Assembly: GCF_001194135.2 (NCBI RefSeq)
Contig: NC_068983.1
Coordinates: forward strand, 114,912,555-114,976,554
DNA: 64,000 bases
Direction: 5' to 3'
DNA from: Octopus bimaculoides
Taxonomy: Eukaryota
Position numbers and translations under genes: made by a program. The first letter of the stretch is position 1. Every line of letters starts with the position of its first letter. Positions 12,778 through 25,749 of the stretch are shown in pieces. The notes beneath the pieces are model-generated. The model ran no database searches. It saw only the letters and a list, made by a program, of their open reading frames with translations, and had not been told where the DNA came from.

Positions 12778-13012
12778 TTGACCCTTTTGATACCAACCCA
12801 CTTAAAACTGCCCCTAGTTCTATGTTACAAGCAGCTTCCTATATTAAAGTGATTTAAATCAAAACAATTCCATCAAAATTACATTTTAGTGTTTTGTTCC
12901 AAACACCAGCTTATTAATGACAAAGTTATTTTATTAAATGCCTCAGTACATTCCAAATTAACTGAAACAAAAGCAGTGTATTTCAACAGAAATATGGTAA
13001 CAGCGGGGTTAA
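12778..13012. mobile_element. piggyBac-like MITE (second family)
   Basis: TTGACCCTTTTGATACC...GGTAACAGCGGGGTTAA. Resembles 33094-33321 in the opposite orientation. Confidence 0.55.
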
Positions 13013-14999
13013 AAAGGAAAGGACAAACAATCTACTGTAACCATGCCATTTTTTAAGTAGATCAAGTATGATATGAGGAGGATTTGGCAAATATTTCTGG
13101 CAAACTAAGCAATAATGTAGTGATGTCTTTATGTCAGCCACAAGGATAACATTGCGCAACTAATTTTTTTTTTTTTGTCTTTGGCCAGTAAGAGTTATTT
13201 CCTATTTGCTTCTATCTAGAAATCAAAGGAAATGACTATTATTCCCTTCTAACTTTGCTTTTCAAACTGACCTATTTTCCATTACTTTACAAATAGATTC
13301 AGTGCTGAGTTGCTGACACAGAAATATCATTATAGCAACTATTCTGCTTAATACCACAGATTTGCTTATCAGTTGCTCGACCTTAATCACTTGAGCTTGT
13401 CCCTTAGTGGCTGACAGTATGTGCATTTCTGATCATGAGAAGGAGTAGTGCAGGAGCATCATAGCTTTGTGTTGAGAAAGATTCTTTGGCGTTTGAATAA
13501 ATGTAACAAAAGCAAAGTTTGGAGGAAATATTAGCCATTTTTCATACTTTCTAAGGGTAAGCAAATAGAAAATAACAGTTGCTAGCCAAGGACAAAAATC
13601 GTGTTGCACAGTGTAATCATTAAAAGTGGTATGCTAGAGACAGTGGCAGCACAAATCAGGCTGTAAATAACACAGTTGTTGTTGTATCATAGAATGAAGA
13701 GATTCACTCTTTGACGCAAAGCCTTTTAGTAGAAAGATTAAGAGAAAAATAGGATCTGCCTGAAACACTGCCCTCTACATAATCCCTAATCCTAACACAA
13801 CATACAGCTGAACTGATAAAGGACGTTTATGTGGTCACTTGACCTGCTAGAAGCAGAAACCAAATCTTCCTCAAATCACACTCGACTATCTTAGAAAGAG
13901 GAAGGACACAAAGAACCAGTGGTTCTCAATTCTCATCCTTTTGCAGCTCAGCTCTTCCTTTCACCAAATGGCATTTTACAAATGTCCCCTTCTTCACATT
14001 CACCATGCAGATGATGATTTATCCTCTATTTCAGGTTTTTATCCTTTTATCCTTTACTTGTTTCAGTTATTGGACTACAGTCATGCTGAGGCACTGCCTT
14101 GAACTGTTTCAGTTGAACAGATCAACCCTTGCATTTGACATTTTTAAGGTACTTATTTTATCAGTCACTTTTGATGAACTACTACATTACTGCCTCAATG
14201 AATTCTATCTGACATATGCAAGCATGGAAAAGTGGATACCAAAACGATGATGAAGATGCTGCTGATACTGATGATGATGATGATGATGATGAGGATGATG
14301 ACGAAGATTGTGGTATATTCCCCAGGATACCTCAGTGAAACACTCATATAAATTTCATCATGTACTAATCTACAAGTACAACTGATCTATGCACTTCCTC
14401 ACAAGAGTGTAATTAAGTGCTTTGATATAGCTTGCAAATAAAATCATAAAGATACATGTCATGTACATAAGTATATTATTCTTTATTAATTAGTCTGTGG
14501 AAAAAGGAATAAAAAAAAAAACCCATAGTGCCTGGGCCCTACCACTTTCTTTTGAGGGTAATGTTAATACAATTGCTGTATGCTTGACTTGACCTTCTGT
14601 AGAAGAATTTTAGTAGGAAAGGAGTTGCTGAGAGGTGCAGCAGATCCCTGGGGAGGAAGGACTAGCAATAATAGTGTGTGTTCGTGTGTGTATGTGCATA
14701 CACACACAAGTGTGTGTGTGTGTGTGGACAAGAGTAAAAAGTTGGGTAAAATAGCTTGTGATATTTGGTTACATTTATTTACAGTCTGAGTTTTAAATTC
14801 GGCAAAGATCAACTTTGGCTTTCATCCTTTATAGAGGTCAATAAAAAAATATAAGCAGTCAAGTACTACAGTTGCTACAATTAGCTATGCTTGAAAGTAT
14901 TGCACCAGAATGGCCACACTATACAATAACTTGAAACCAGTGAGAGAACATAGGAAACAGAAATTGCTGAGTTATTGAAGAACTGTTAGCATAACAGAT

Positions 15000-15375
15000 G
15001 CAGGCATAGCTATGTAAGAGGCTTGCTTCCCAACCTTGTGATCTTGTGTTCAGTCCTACAGTGCAGGGCCTTAGGCAAGTGTTTTCTATTATATCTTCAG
15101 GACAACCAAAGCATTGTGAACGAATCTGATAGAAGGTAACTGAAAAGGCCTCCCGTGTGTGTATGTGTGTGTGTGTGTGTGCGTGCATGGGTGTGTGTTT
15201 TCATGTTCTGTTTGTCCTCCACATTCACTTGACAACAATTATGGGTTTGCTTACACCTCCATAACTTAGCACTTTGTCAAAAACAAATTGATAGAATAAT
15301 TTACCAGACTTTAAAAAAAAGATATATACTGGAGTTGATTTGTTCAACAAAACCCTTCAAAGTGGTGCCCCACAA
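15000..15375 (+). mobile_element. CORE-type SINE family C, degraded, cut by N-gap
   Basis: Colinear homology to 7959-8374. Confidence 0.7.
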
Positions 15376-15673
15376 GANNNNNNNNNNNNNNNNNNNNNNN
15401 NNNNNNNNNNNNNNNNNNNNNNNNNNNNNNNNNNNNNNNNNNNNNNNNNNNNNNNNNNNNNNNNNNNNNNNNNNNNNNNNNNNNNNNNNNNNNNNNNNNN
15501 NNNNNNNNNNNNNNNNNNNNNNNNNNNNNNNNNNNNNNNNNNNNNNNNNNNNNNNNNNNNNNNNNNNNNNNNNNNNNNNNNNNNNNNNNNNNNNNNNNNN
15601 NNNNNNNNNNNNNNNNNNNNNNNNNNNNNNNNNNNNNNNNNNNNNNNNNNNNNNNNNNNNNNNNNNNNNNNNN

Positions 15674-15713
<40 letters not shown>

Positions 15714-16589
15714 TGAATGTGTATGATTGTGTGAATGTTTACACTTTGTGACTGCATGAAAAATTACTATGACAATGTTCTCTGTTGTCATTTCCCTATG
15801 AACCGATTGTCTTGTAGCTCTGTATTATCTGAGACAAGTGGAATGAAAAAAACTCCCTTACTTGAAAAATAGTTACGGATTAGTGACAGCAAAGGCGTCC
15901 AGCTGTAAAAGCAATGCTTTGATAATATGTAGTCATCTAACCCATGTTAGCATAGAAAAATAATGACAAAAAGAAAATGAATGAACAAAATGTATGTAAA
16001 TTTTGACATTTTACATTGATTTTTCTGAAGCAGGAAGGGTGTGGACAGAAAAGCAGAAAAAGGTAATATTTGCCTAAAAGTAGAACAGAAAATTACTTTG
16101 GGTGATTAACTGACAGACATTTCAGTTTTAATAGCTAAGCATTTTCAAAAATTCAGAGTTGCCATTTGCATGAAAACAGTCAATTTAGTCTTACTTTATC
16201 TATTGTTGTGAGTATTAAAAAAGCTAACTTCAAAATTTATGTGGTAAAAAAAAAATATTTACCAACACACCCCCTACCTACAATTTGAAAAGTACTTAAT
16301 GTGTACCTTCAGCAGTGTGATAAAAAGAAAGAAAAGGAAACAATATTAGTCCATACCTAATATTATTTTAATTATTTTTGGCTTGTATGGGAGACAACTC
16401 TGCCCATGTTTTAGTCTCGTGACCTCATCAGCAAATCAGCAAAGTATAAACTTCACTATCCTTTATCTACCGTCTCATCAGATCAGATATCATTTACATA
16501 TTTTAGCAATTATCTTATTGCCACTCTTCATTTGCAAAGTTAAATTCGCATGTAAATATAGTTTTGTGGAATTAATTCCAGTTTCTGTA

Positions 16590-16825
16590 TCTATCTGTCT
16601 GTCTGTCTGTCTATCTATACATTTACCCACTTATTTATCAACTTATCTTTCTACTCACTTACCTACCTACTTACCTTCCTACCCACCCACCCATCTACAT
16701 ATCTTTCTACCCACCCTCACACCCACCTATCTATTTATCTATCTATCCATCTATCTGCACACCTATCTACCCAATTACCTACTTATCTTTCTACCCACCC
16801 ATCTACCTATCTTTACCTCACCCAC

Positions 16826-16868
<43 letters not shown>

Positions 16869-16890
16869 CCTACCTTCCTACCTACCAAGA
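16590..16890. repeat. Degenerate (CTAT)/(CTAC) low-complexity repeat
   Basis: Mixed ATCT/ACCT/ACCC tetramers. Explains the spurious ORF 16383-16937. Confidence 0.85.
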
Positions 16891-17207
16891 AACTCATATA
16901 TTCATGCACACAAATGCATATATGTAACCATGAATAAAAATATATTAAGAGCAAAAACTCTTGAATAGGTACGCAGAGGGTAACTGTTCCACCTGATCCC
17001 AGCTAGCTGGACTAACCAACTTATACAGCAACTTGGGGATACAAGGTAGAGACTATCATCAGCATTAACAGATACATTGCATGCCACCTTGAAGAATATA
17101 CACGGACATCCATAAAAGAAATATGAGTGCCTCATATTATAATAGACTATACTGAATGTGTCTACACCAGTGAAGATGGTATTGCATGAGTCATTGCTGC
17201 CAAAATA

Positions 17208-17580
17208 GGAGGTGCAATGGCCCAGTGGTTAGGGCAGCGGACTCGCGGTTTCAATTCCCAGACCAGGCGTTGTGAGTGTTTATTGAGCGAAAACACCTAA
17301 AGCTCCACGAGGCTTCAGTAAGGGATGGTGGTGAACCCTGCTGTACTCTTTCACCACAACTTTCTCTCACTCTTTCTTCTTGTTTCTGTTGTACCTGTAT
17401 TTCAAAGGGTTAGCCTTGTCACACTGTGTCACGCTGAATATCCCCGAGAACTACGTTAAGGGTACACGTGTCTGTGGAGTGCTCAGCCACTTGCACGTTA
17501 ATTTCACAAGCAGGCTGTTCTGTTCATCGGATCAACTGGAACCCTCGACGTCGTAAGCGACGGAGTGCCAACAACAACAA
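17208..17580 (+). mobile_element. SINE family A with 72-bp flanking direct repeat
   Basis: 17136-17207 is duplicated at 17580-17651 with 2 mismatches. Confidence 0.92.
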
Positions 17581-18360
17581 TTATAATAGACTATACTGAA
17601 TGTGTCTACACCAGTGAAGATGGTATTACATGAGGCATTGCTGCCAAAATAACATAGTAAAGATTACAATAGCAGAAAGAATTGTGTGGATGGCTATACA
17701 AAAAGCACACCAGAACCAGAATGTATATGTGCCTTTAAAAATGAGGAATACTGGCAAAACATTCTAGTAAAAAAGCCCTCCAACACAAAGAAAACAGCTC
17801 TATTCCTTGTCCTATTGTTTGCTATAGAGGTCAGCTGCCCAGTGATTGGGAATATCCTGTCTTGTGTTAAAAGAGATCTACGGTAAACTAATGCAAAACT
17901 TAAAGCCTATATATAAGCCCTACAGAATCTCATTTGTATCTGTCGTCATACGATATCGATATGTAACTGTGATATGTAACAACAGATTTGCATGAAAGCC
18001 TAAAAGTGCAGGCTTTTCCAAGAAAGAACAAAGCAAATGGACTCACATCCTTTAAATCTAATTAATGAGACTGAGAAAATTTGTAAAATATTCCAAAGAT
18101 TCTCTATTTGAGTTTCCTAAAATGGTGTAAAAAATCCTATATCTTTTTATCTTTTATTTGTTTCAGGCATTAGAGTGTGACCATGCTGTGGCACTCCCTC
18201 AAAGAACTTTTAGCCGAATGTACTTATTTTTCCAAAGCCCAGTACTTATTCTATCAGTCTTTTTAACTGAACCATTAAGTTACAGGGACATTAACATACT
18301 AGTACCAGTTGTCAAGTGGTGGTGGTGAGGAAGGGGGAAGACAAACATAAACACAAAGAT

Positions 18361-18396
<36 letters not shown>

Positions 18397-18397
<1 letters not shown>

Positions 18398-19200
18398 CTA
18401 ACCCGACCTTGTCCGGGTGTGACTTATTACGCCATCTACGATAAGTCTTGCTAGGTGAAAATCAACTAAAAAAGAAAGCCTTACAACGAAAAAACCCTTA
18501 TGATGTAAATATGTTCATAATTCAAAAGACGATGAAATTAATAGGGAAAGTCTGAAGGCTGTTTTGCGTAACATTATTAAGCGTACGTAAATTTCATCCG
18601 TCTAATTGGCTATACAAATGCTTGTGCAAAACAACTTTTTGCACTGCCCTGATTATAAATAGCAGGGTAATCCCTTTTCGCAGGAGCTAGGCGGCAATTT
18701 GTGATGAAGCAATTGCTGGCAATCTGTTGCTACACAATTTTGCCAGAATTCTATCAGATTGGGCAGAAGATGTTGATGCACCATTTTGCATTATGTTCAA
18801 AGTAGCTTCTGAATTGTGGTGAATTACTGCAGTCTGTTGCTGCCATTTTAAACCGGTTGCTTTCTTTCCCCAGCAAACTCTCTTCTTTGGAGGCATAATC
18901 TATGTATATTTTAAACAGAACAACAAAAGTTATAATAGATGGCAGGGTCAGTACTTTTCACATATCTGTAATTTTTCAGATTAACACTCGCAAGATTACC
19001 CAACCCTAATCCTAAATCTAATCCTAACCTTAACACTAACCCTAAACCCTAACCCTAACCCTAAAACCCTAACTCTGACCCTAAAACTGTAACCGTAACA
19101 CTAATCCTAACCCTAACCATAACCCTGACCCTAAAATCCTAACCCTAACACCCTAGTGAAAATCGTGGTGTATTTACAAAACATTGACGAACATGAGTTA
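18397..19200. mobile_element. Helitron-like non-autonomous element inserted in the microsatellite of a family C SINE
   Basis: Starts (TA)n-ACTAACCCGACCTTGTCCGGGT (small hairpin ACCCG/CGGGT), no TSD seen. The two halves of a minus-strand SINE C flank it (18150-18396, 19230-19400). Superfamily assignment is inference. Confidence 0.45.
18998..19155. repeat. Degenerate telomere-like (CCCTAA)n array
   Basis: About 25 units such as CCCTAA, CCTAAA, CCCTGA, CACTAA. Confidence 0.85.
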
Positions 19201-19606
19201 TATTTTACTGAATGATTGTGTACTTGCACGTGTATGTGTTTGAGAGAAAATGGACTTCTTTAACTATCCATCAACCAAATCCACTCACAAGGCTTTGATT
19301 GGCCTGAGGCTTTAGTAGAAGACACTTGACCAAGGTGCCAAGCAATGGGACTGAACCCTGAACCATGTGGTGGGAAGCAAGCTTCTTACCACACAGCTAT
19401 GCTTGCACTTATAGCACATATCTAAAGAGTAAGTAAACAACTGTGTGTATGAAGCAGATATATATACCCACCACATAAGTACATCTACATACTTACACAC
19501 ATTAACTCAGCATATTCACAAATCCCAAGAACTGTCTTAACTCACACAAAAAAAAAAAAAAGCCTTGTTACTTTGATAATGACCTGCTTCAATTCTGCAA
19601 AAAGAT

Positions 19607-19856
19607 TTAACCCTTCTACTGCAAAATTAAATTCCATGGTGATTCCAGTAATGATGTTAAACATCTACCAAAAATAGAACTGGTATTTTCTGCAAGTTCC
19701 GTTGCCTCAATAAACTTGACATATCCCAACAAAAAATAGCTTCAGACATGACATTCTTCAACAAAAAGATAGATTGGTATATAAAAGCTGCTTTCTGCAG
19801 TTAAGAGTAATGAAATTTTGAGTGGATGTATCTGCTTACTGCAGTAAAAGGGTTAA
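19607..19856. mobile_element. piggyBac-like MITE (third family)
   Basis: TTAA-CCCTTCTACTGCA ... TGCAGTAAAAGGG-TTAA (12/13 TIR match, TTAA on both sides). Confidence 0.7.
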
Positions 19857-20529
19857 AAAAAATACATATACACACATGCATAAATGTAAATACAAACAGG
19901 CCTGTGAGTATGTGTGTGTGTGTATAGTCATATGCACACATGCATATATAGATACACACACCCACACATATATAGACACATACATATGAATATATATATG
20001 TACAAATACACATCCATAAAAAGTTACACAAACACACAAAAGTAAGCATGTATGTATCTCAGTATTTACACACACATAACGCATGCATGCGCGCACACAC
20101 ACACACATATACAAAGATATATCTATATCTTAGGATCATGTTCTAAATGTGTTGAAAGAAAAGAAACCACAATTTAATACAAGAAAAGTCAAGTTTTCTG
20201 TTTCTTTTCTTTCTCATTAATTCATCTAAAAAAAATTGTTGGCATGGTTGTGTATGTGACTATCTACACACACACACACACACACGCATCCACACACACA
20301 CATCCACACACTCATATCCACATAGATATATGTATGTGTCAGTGTGTTTATATTTTCTTCAACCCATCTATTCTCTCTCTCCCCCTCTTTGGATGGAACA
20401 AGCCAGTTTTGAGTAAACACGCTTCAGTGTTTCTGTTACCATGGCAATAGTAAAAATAGTAGCAGACTGACACTGGTTTTTAGTATTGCAATGTGTGAAA
20501 GGGTGTGTGAGTATGTGTGTGTGTGTGTA

Positions 20530-20718
20530 ACATGGGTGCTGGTGTGGTTGTATGGTTAAAAGCATGCTTCCCAGCCACATTGCTCTAGGTTCAACCACAC
20601 TGCTCCAAGTTCAGTCCCACTGCATGGCACCTTGGGCAAATGTGTTCTACTATAGCCATGGGCCAACCAAAACCTTGTGAGTGGATTTGGTAGATAGAAA
20701 CAGAAAGACACCCATTAT

Positions 20719-20753
<35 letters not shown>

Positions 20754-20950
20754 TCCTCCACCACCACTTGATGACCAATGTTGGTTTGTTTATATCCCCA
20801 TAACAGCAGTTCAGTATAAGAGACTGATAGAACAAGTATCAGGATTTTAAAAATAAATAAGTACTGGAGTCAATTCATTCAAACTAAAAGCTTCCAAGGT
20901 GGTGCCCCAGCATGGCCACAGTTCAATAACTGTAAACAAGTAAAGAATAA
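20530..20950 (+). mobile_element. CORE-type SINE family C
   Basis: Colinear with 7959-8374; duplicated B-box segment. Confidence 0.75.
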
Positions 20951-21914
20951 ATCATGTGTGTATGTGTGTGTAGGTGTTTTTATCCAATATGGAGACAAAC
21001 CCCATTTCTCCATGTAATAAGCTTGAAAAATTAAGATATTAAGATACTTTTCTATTTTTCTTAACATGAAACCAATAGCAGCCTTAATACACAAATAAAG
21101 AAATTCTATCCACCAATGCAGTGTTGAGCACTCATTTTCATCCCTTGGCATATTTACATGTGTGTGCCAAACAGTCTAACCCATGCCAGCATGGACAACA
21201 GACATTAAATGATGATGATGTTATATGTGCGTGTATACATATACATATACATACATACATACATATATATATATTATCATTTAATCTCTATTTTCCATGC
21301 TGACACAAATAGGATGGTTTGATAAGAACTGGTAAGTCAGAAGACACTACTAAAGTCTACTGTCTGTTTTGAGATGGTTTTCTATAACTGGATGCCCTTC
21401 CCAACTAATATGAGTGCATTTTAAGTTTATTGAGCATACTGGGTGCTTTTTACATGACGCTAGTAGCAGTGAAGTTTCCAAGTATCTTGCAAGACAAGAT
21501 CCCCTCAACTGGGGTGAACAGTATTGAGGGACAGAGAAGGTTCCTTACATTAGAAGAGAAATACGGTTACCTTAGATGGAGAGAGAGGGAAGAGGGGGGA
21601 GAGAAAAGTGATGAAAATGTGATGGGGAAAGGGAAAGAGCCATTCACCCAAGTTACAATGAGGTGACTGGGGATTTGAGAATGTATGTGGGTGGATGTAA
21701 TGAGTGGGCACTGGTAGAGGGAAAGGGTATTAGGTGGAAACAGCTGTGATGAGCACAGGTGGTAAAATCCACATAGATGTGGATTTTACTTACACACACA
21801 TATATATACAGACAGATATGTGTGTGCCCATATATATACCATTTAATATACACAATTACTAAAGAGCTACTAATAGTTTCATGCTTGAAGATATGTTAAA
21901 TACGTTAGATAGCT

Positions 21915-22370
21915 ACTCAGTCTGGATTGGGTGGTGTCCTGTTCAACAAAAGAAACTTGTCCATGTGTTTGCATTTGCTAAAAGTTTCAGATCTGGAATT
22001 AAGTAGTGTGGTGGAATTCTTTAATCTAAAAAGAATGTGAAATCTTTCAGTTAAGCAAAACTTACATCTCTTTGATCAATTTATATATGGCATAGATATT
22101 TGCATGAGTCTCCACTTGATTGCATGTGGAATGCACTTGGTCTTCAGATCCCTTACATGGCTAGTCACTTTAGTGGCCTTATTTTTATCAATGTGTCAAA
22201 AAGAAGGCTGGTGGTTTGAATAACGTCTTTAAAAATTTATCTTTTCAGTTAATTTGTCATGGAGAACTGCTGTAACTTTAGCTTCATAGACAACTGCATT
22301 TATCAAACACATCTAATCAAGTAGGCGAGCTTCAGGGATTTGACAGTTACAACTAGGAGTGTTTTTTTTG
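21915..22370 (-). mobile_element. Penelope-like retroelement, GIY-YIG endonuclease C-terminal fragment (Neptune-like), decayed
   Basis: SCNCQIP..MCLINAVVYEAKVT..RYSNHQPSF*HIDKNKATKVTSHVRDLK..IKW..CKFCLTERFHI..LLNSRSETFSKCKHMDKFLL matches the PLE EN pattern CNC..CL..VY.A.V..R..NH..C..CL.E...LN.R.E...C.H. Confidence 0.8.
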
Positions 22371-22619
22371 GTGTGACTTATAAGTGATATTGTCCTTCAT
22401 ATTGGGGCAACATATGCATACATAGTTTATCTTTTATCTATCTGTCTATATATATGTGTGTGTATGTGTGTGTGTGTGTGTGTGTTTATATATACACATA
22501 CATACAATCACACACCCTAGTGCAAACATGCTATCTTAAAAATAACATCTCTAGCTTTGACATGAGGTTTCGTACACGTGATTTATAAGTGCAAATTTCT
22601 GTGTATATTATATATATAT

Positions 22620-23300
22620 ATGTCAACATCATCATCATCATTGTTGTTTAATATTTCTTCCATGTTGGCATTGGTTGGACAGTTTGACAAGATCTGACAA
22701 GCCAGAAGAATATGCCTTGCTTCACAATCTGCTTTGGAATGATTTCTACAACTGGATGCCCTTCCTAATGCTAACCACAGCAGAAAGTACAAGGTGCTGT
22801 TTTCATGGCACTGGCACAAGTAAAGTCATTAAGTAATTTGCAAGACAAGACCCCGTCAAATGAGTCAGGGTGTAGAATTGAGGTAGCTGGTTTTATGCCA
22901 GGTGTTGAGAGGTTGAAGTATGATAGAGGAATAACAACAGATAAATGGATACCCTAGGTAGAAAGAGAGAAAAGAGATGGGTGTGTTGTAATATCAAGAC
23001 ATACCCTCAAGGCACATGGAGGTGAGTATAAGAGAGAATACAGAGGATCAGAAAGGGTGGGTTGGTAGTTAAGTTTGCAAGAGTGTGAAAGGAGGGTGAT
23101 AAATGGGTAGAGATGGGAAAATAGAGGTGAATACAGTGAATGGTAAACAGAGGTGGAGACATGGTCAATGGTGAATATCAGTTTAGGCAGGTGATGAAAG
23201 AAATAGGAGAGGGTCAGAGAAAAGGAAGTAAGTTATAACACAAAGCAAAGGTGGAGCAGAGAGCAACAATATAATCAGACCTAGCAGATGACTGAGGTGT
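22620..23300 (-). mobile_element. Old RTE-type 3' tail with long purine/pyrimidine-skewed UTR
   Basis: (CAT)n plus the CTACAACTGGATGCCCTTCCTAATGC terminal motif shared with younger RTE tails. Similar relics at 21270-21720, 28860-29520 and 44010-44410. Confidence 0.45.
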
Positions 23301-23442
23301 CAGTGAGCATGGATCTCCAAGTTCTTCAGCCCCACATACAACTTAGCAGCTAGTTAAACCAGTCTTTCTGCTAAGGACAGCAAGGATTGTCTCACTCAGT
23401 CTTCCCCAGTTTCTTATTCTTTTCAGGTTCCTAGTTATCTAT

Positions 23443-23824
23443 GTGTTGGCACTCCGTCGCTTACGGCGACGAGGGTTCCTGTTGATCTGATCAATGGAAC
23501 AGCCTGCTCGTAAAATTAACGTGCAAGTGGCTGAGCACTCCACAGACATGTGTACCCTTAATGTAGTTCTCGGCGAGATTCAGCGTGACACAATGTGACA
23601 AGGCTGGCCCTTTGAATTACAGGCACAACAGAAACAGGAAGTAAGAGTGAGAGAAAGTTGTGGTGGAAGAGTACAGCAGGGTTCACCACTATTCCCTGCC
23701 AGAGCTTCATGGAGCTTTAGGTGTTTTCGCTCAATAAACACTCACAATGCCCGGTTTGGGAATCGAAACCGCGATCCTATGACCATGAGTCCGCTGCCCT
23801 AACCACTGGGCCATTGCGCCTCCA
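23443..23824 (-). mobile_element. SINE family A
   Basis: Full copy. 11-bp TSD TCCTAGT(T/A)ATC. Confidence 0.9.
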
Positions 23825-23844
23825 TCCTAGTAATCACTAAGTGC

Positions 23845-24230
23845 TGAAAGCTTTTTCCTTTCTTGCAGTTCCAATGATCTTAACCTGTTGTTTCTTTATG
23901 TCATTAACAAGCTTTCTAGTTGATCTTTCTTCATCTAAGGACTTCCACATTTATCTATCTGAATTAGAACACTTTCGAAGTTCATCTAAGGAACCATATT
24001 TCTTCAGCATCGATAACCTTTTACATTTGTTTACTGATGTTGCAGGTCACAGATTCATATGTACAGATGGGTTTCTATCTATGCCCCTCAGACTCTTTAT
24101 CTCAATCTTATTGATAACCATTTTTTTACATAATATATTTTGATTTCATCATAAGCAGACTCTGCTTGTCTGATTCTTGATTTGATTTCTTTGACATTTT
24201 ACCTATCTGATATAAATGCAGCTCTCAAGT
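23845..24230 (-). mobile_element. Decayed RTE LINE fragment (post-RT region)
   Basis: KEIKSRIRQAESAYDEIK..IDAEEIWFLR..KLVNDIKKQQVKIIG. Confidence 0.6.
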
Positions 24231-24344
24231 CATCAACACATTTATCATCTGTCTTGCATGCTGTCATGAGTTGGACTGTTCAACAGGATTTGAGGAGTTA
24301 GAGGACTGCATCATAGTTCAATGTCTACTTTGGCATGATTTCTC

Positions 24345-24855
24345 AGTGTCCTCCTCCAAATCATGACAAAAGAATTTAAGTGAGGTTATCTTTGGGAATT
24401 CTCTTATGTCGATGATTTACTTCCTAAAGCAAAATCCATAAAAGAATTGAAACACAAATTCCAGATAGAAGCGAAATCTAGAAATGAAGGGCCTTAAAGT
24501 AAACTTAGCAAAAACACAAAAGTTTTACCAAGTAGGAAAGCAGAGAGGACTCTTATGGGAAATAGCTGTGCTCAGTTTGCAGGGAAGGAGTCAAGAGAAA
24601 TTTCATAAGATGTGCCCAGTGTAAACAGTGGACACAAAAAGATGTAGAGGGATCACAGGCAGGCTAACAAAAAAGGCAGACTTCATAAAGCAGGTGCATG
24701 AGGGTGTTAAGAATTAAGAACACTCAAGAAATAGATTTACTGAAATGATAAGATTGTTCCTTAGAAGTAGTTGATAATTTTTGTTAGCTTGGTGACCTAA
24801 TCAGCAGTGGGGGCAGATGTTCCAAAAGTGTGGTAACCAGAATAAAGACAGGAGT
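24345..24855 (+). mobile_element. Decayed RTE LINE RT fragment
   Basis: WEFSYVDDLL (YADD-like), LEMKGLKVNLAKT, CSVC..CAQCKQWTQKRCRGITGRL, LEVVDNFC*LGDLISSGG. Confidence 0.8.
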
Positions 24856-25039
24856 ATTCAATATGTACAGATCCAAGTACTTTCCTCTCCAAGTAAGGAA
24901 AAAAAGATGATGGAAAAGAGAGGCTATATGATAGGTAATGTAGATAGTAGAAAAGGTGGTAGAGAGATGCAAGGGCACAGAATAGGCATAACACAAGAGG
25001 GGATGTACACTATGAGCATTCTGCCAAGCTTGCATGGGA

Positions 25040-25295
25040 GGTTGGATCTTCTGCAGTACTGCATATCACCAGTTGACAGTCTTCTGTCATCTCCAGTTTT
25101 ATTACTTATTTGGTCTCTCAGGTCGTTTACACTTTGCTGTTAATCTTCACTAACATGGTAGATACATCCAGCAAACCATACTCACCTCACTTCTTTCTAA
25201 TCTTTGTAGCTACCCTACATTTCAGATACACACCTCACTGCCATGCAGCAGTGCACTTCACACACAAGCATCCTAAAACCTGCCTTACAGTGTAA
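25040..25295 (-). mobile_element. Decayed RTE LINE C-terminal fragment
   Basis: Frameshifted LHGSEV..LQRLERSEVSM..LEMTED. Confidence 0.5.
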
Positions 25296-25418
25296 CTGAC
25301 TATCCCCTTCCCCTCAATAGTGCTGGCATTGTGCCTAAATTCAGATACATTTTTCAAATTATTTAAACTCAACAATACACATAAATTAGTTTGGACAGTA
25401 TACACAACTTATACCATT

Positions 25419-25655
25419 AAGGCGGCAAGCCGGTAGAAACGTTAGCACACTGGGTGAAATGCTTAATGGTATTTCGTCTGTCTTTACGTTCTGAGTTCAA
25501 ATTCCACTAAGTTCGACTTTGCCTTTCATCCTTTCGGGGGTTGATTAAATAAGTACCAGTTATGCACTGGGGTCGATGCAATCGACTTAATCCCTTTGTC
25601 TGTTCTTGTTTGTTCCCTCTATGTTTAACCCCCTGCTAGCAATAGAGATTAATAT
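25419..25655 (+). mobile_element. Nin/Deu-domain SINE, D1 type (Tx1-like tail)
   Basis: AAGGCGGCAAGCCGG head, GTTCAAATTCC B box, Deu core, 13-bp TSD AACTTATACCATT (25406-25418 / 25656-25668). Confidence 0.88.
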
Positions 25656-25749
25656 AACTTATACCATTCAAAATGTGACCACATGCTTAGAACTTGTAAA
25701 TGGATAAAGGTTTAGTACTCATATATAATGTACACTGATAATTTTTAGC

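Noticed and set aside
16405-16440. Hammerhead-like CTGATGA-GGTC-ACGA-GACT-AAAAC on the minus strand
   Set aside because: GAAA is replaced, there is no valid cleavage triplet, and stem I is weak. Cannot be distinguished from chance.
17686-17886. ORF MDGYTKSTPEPECICAF... (and the hydrophobic antisense frame)
   Set aside because: No recognisable domain and no clear acceptor, neighbouring frames are broken, and the adjacent region is interrupted by a SINE.
21860-21925. Expected hammerhead at the 3' end of the Penelope fragment
   Set aside because: Only GAAAC..GTA is present; no CUGAnGA core or stem I.
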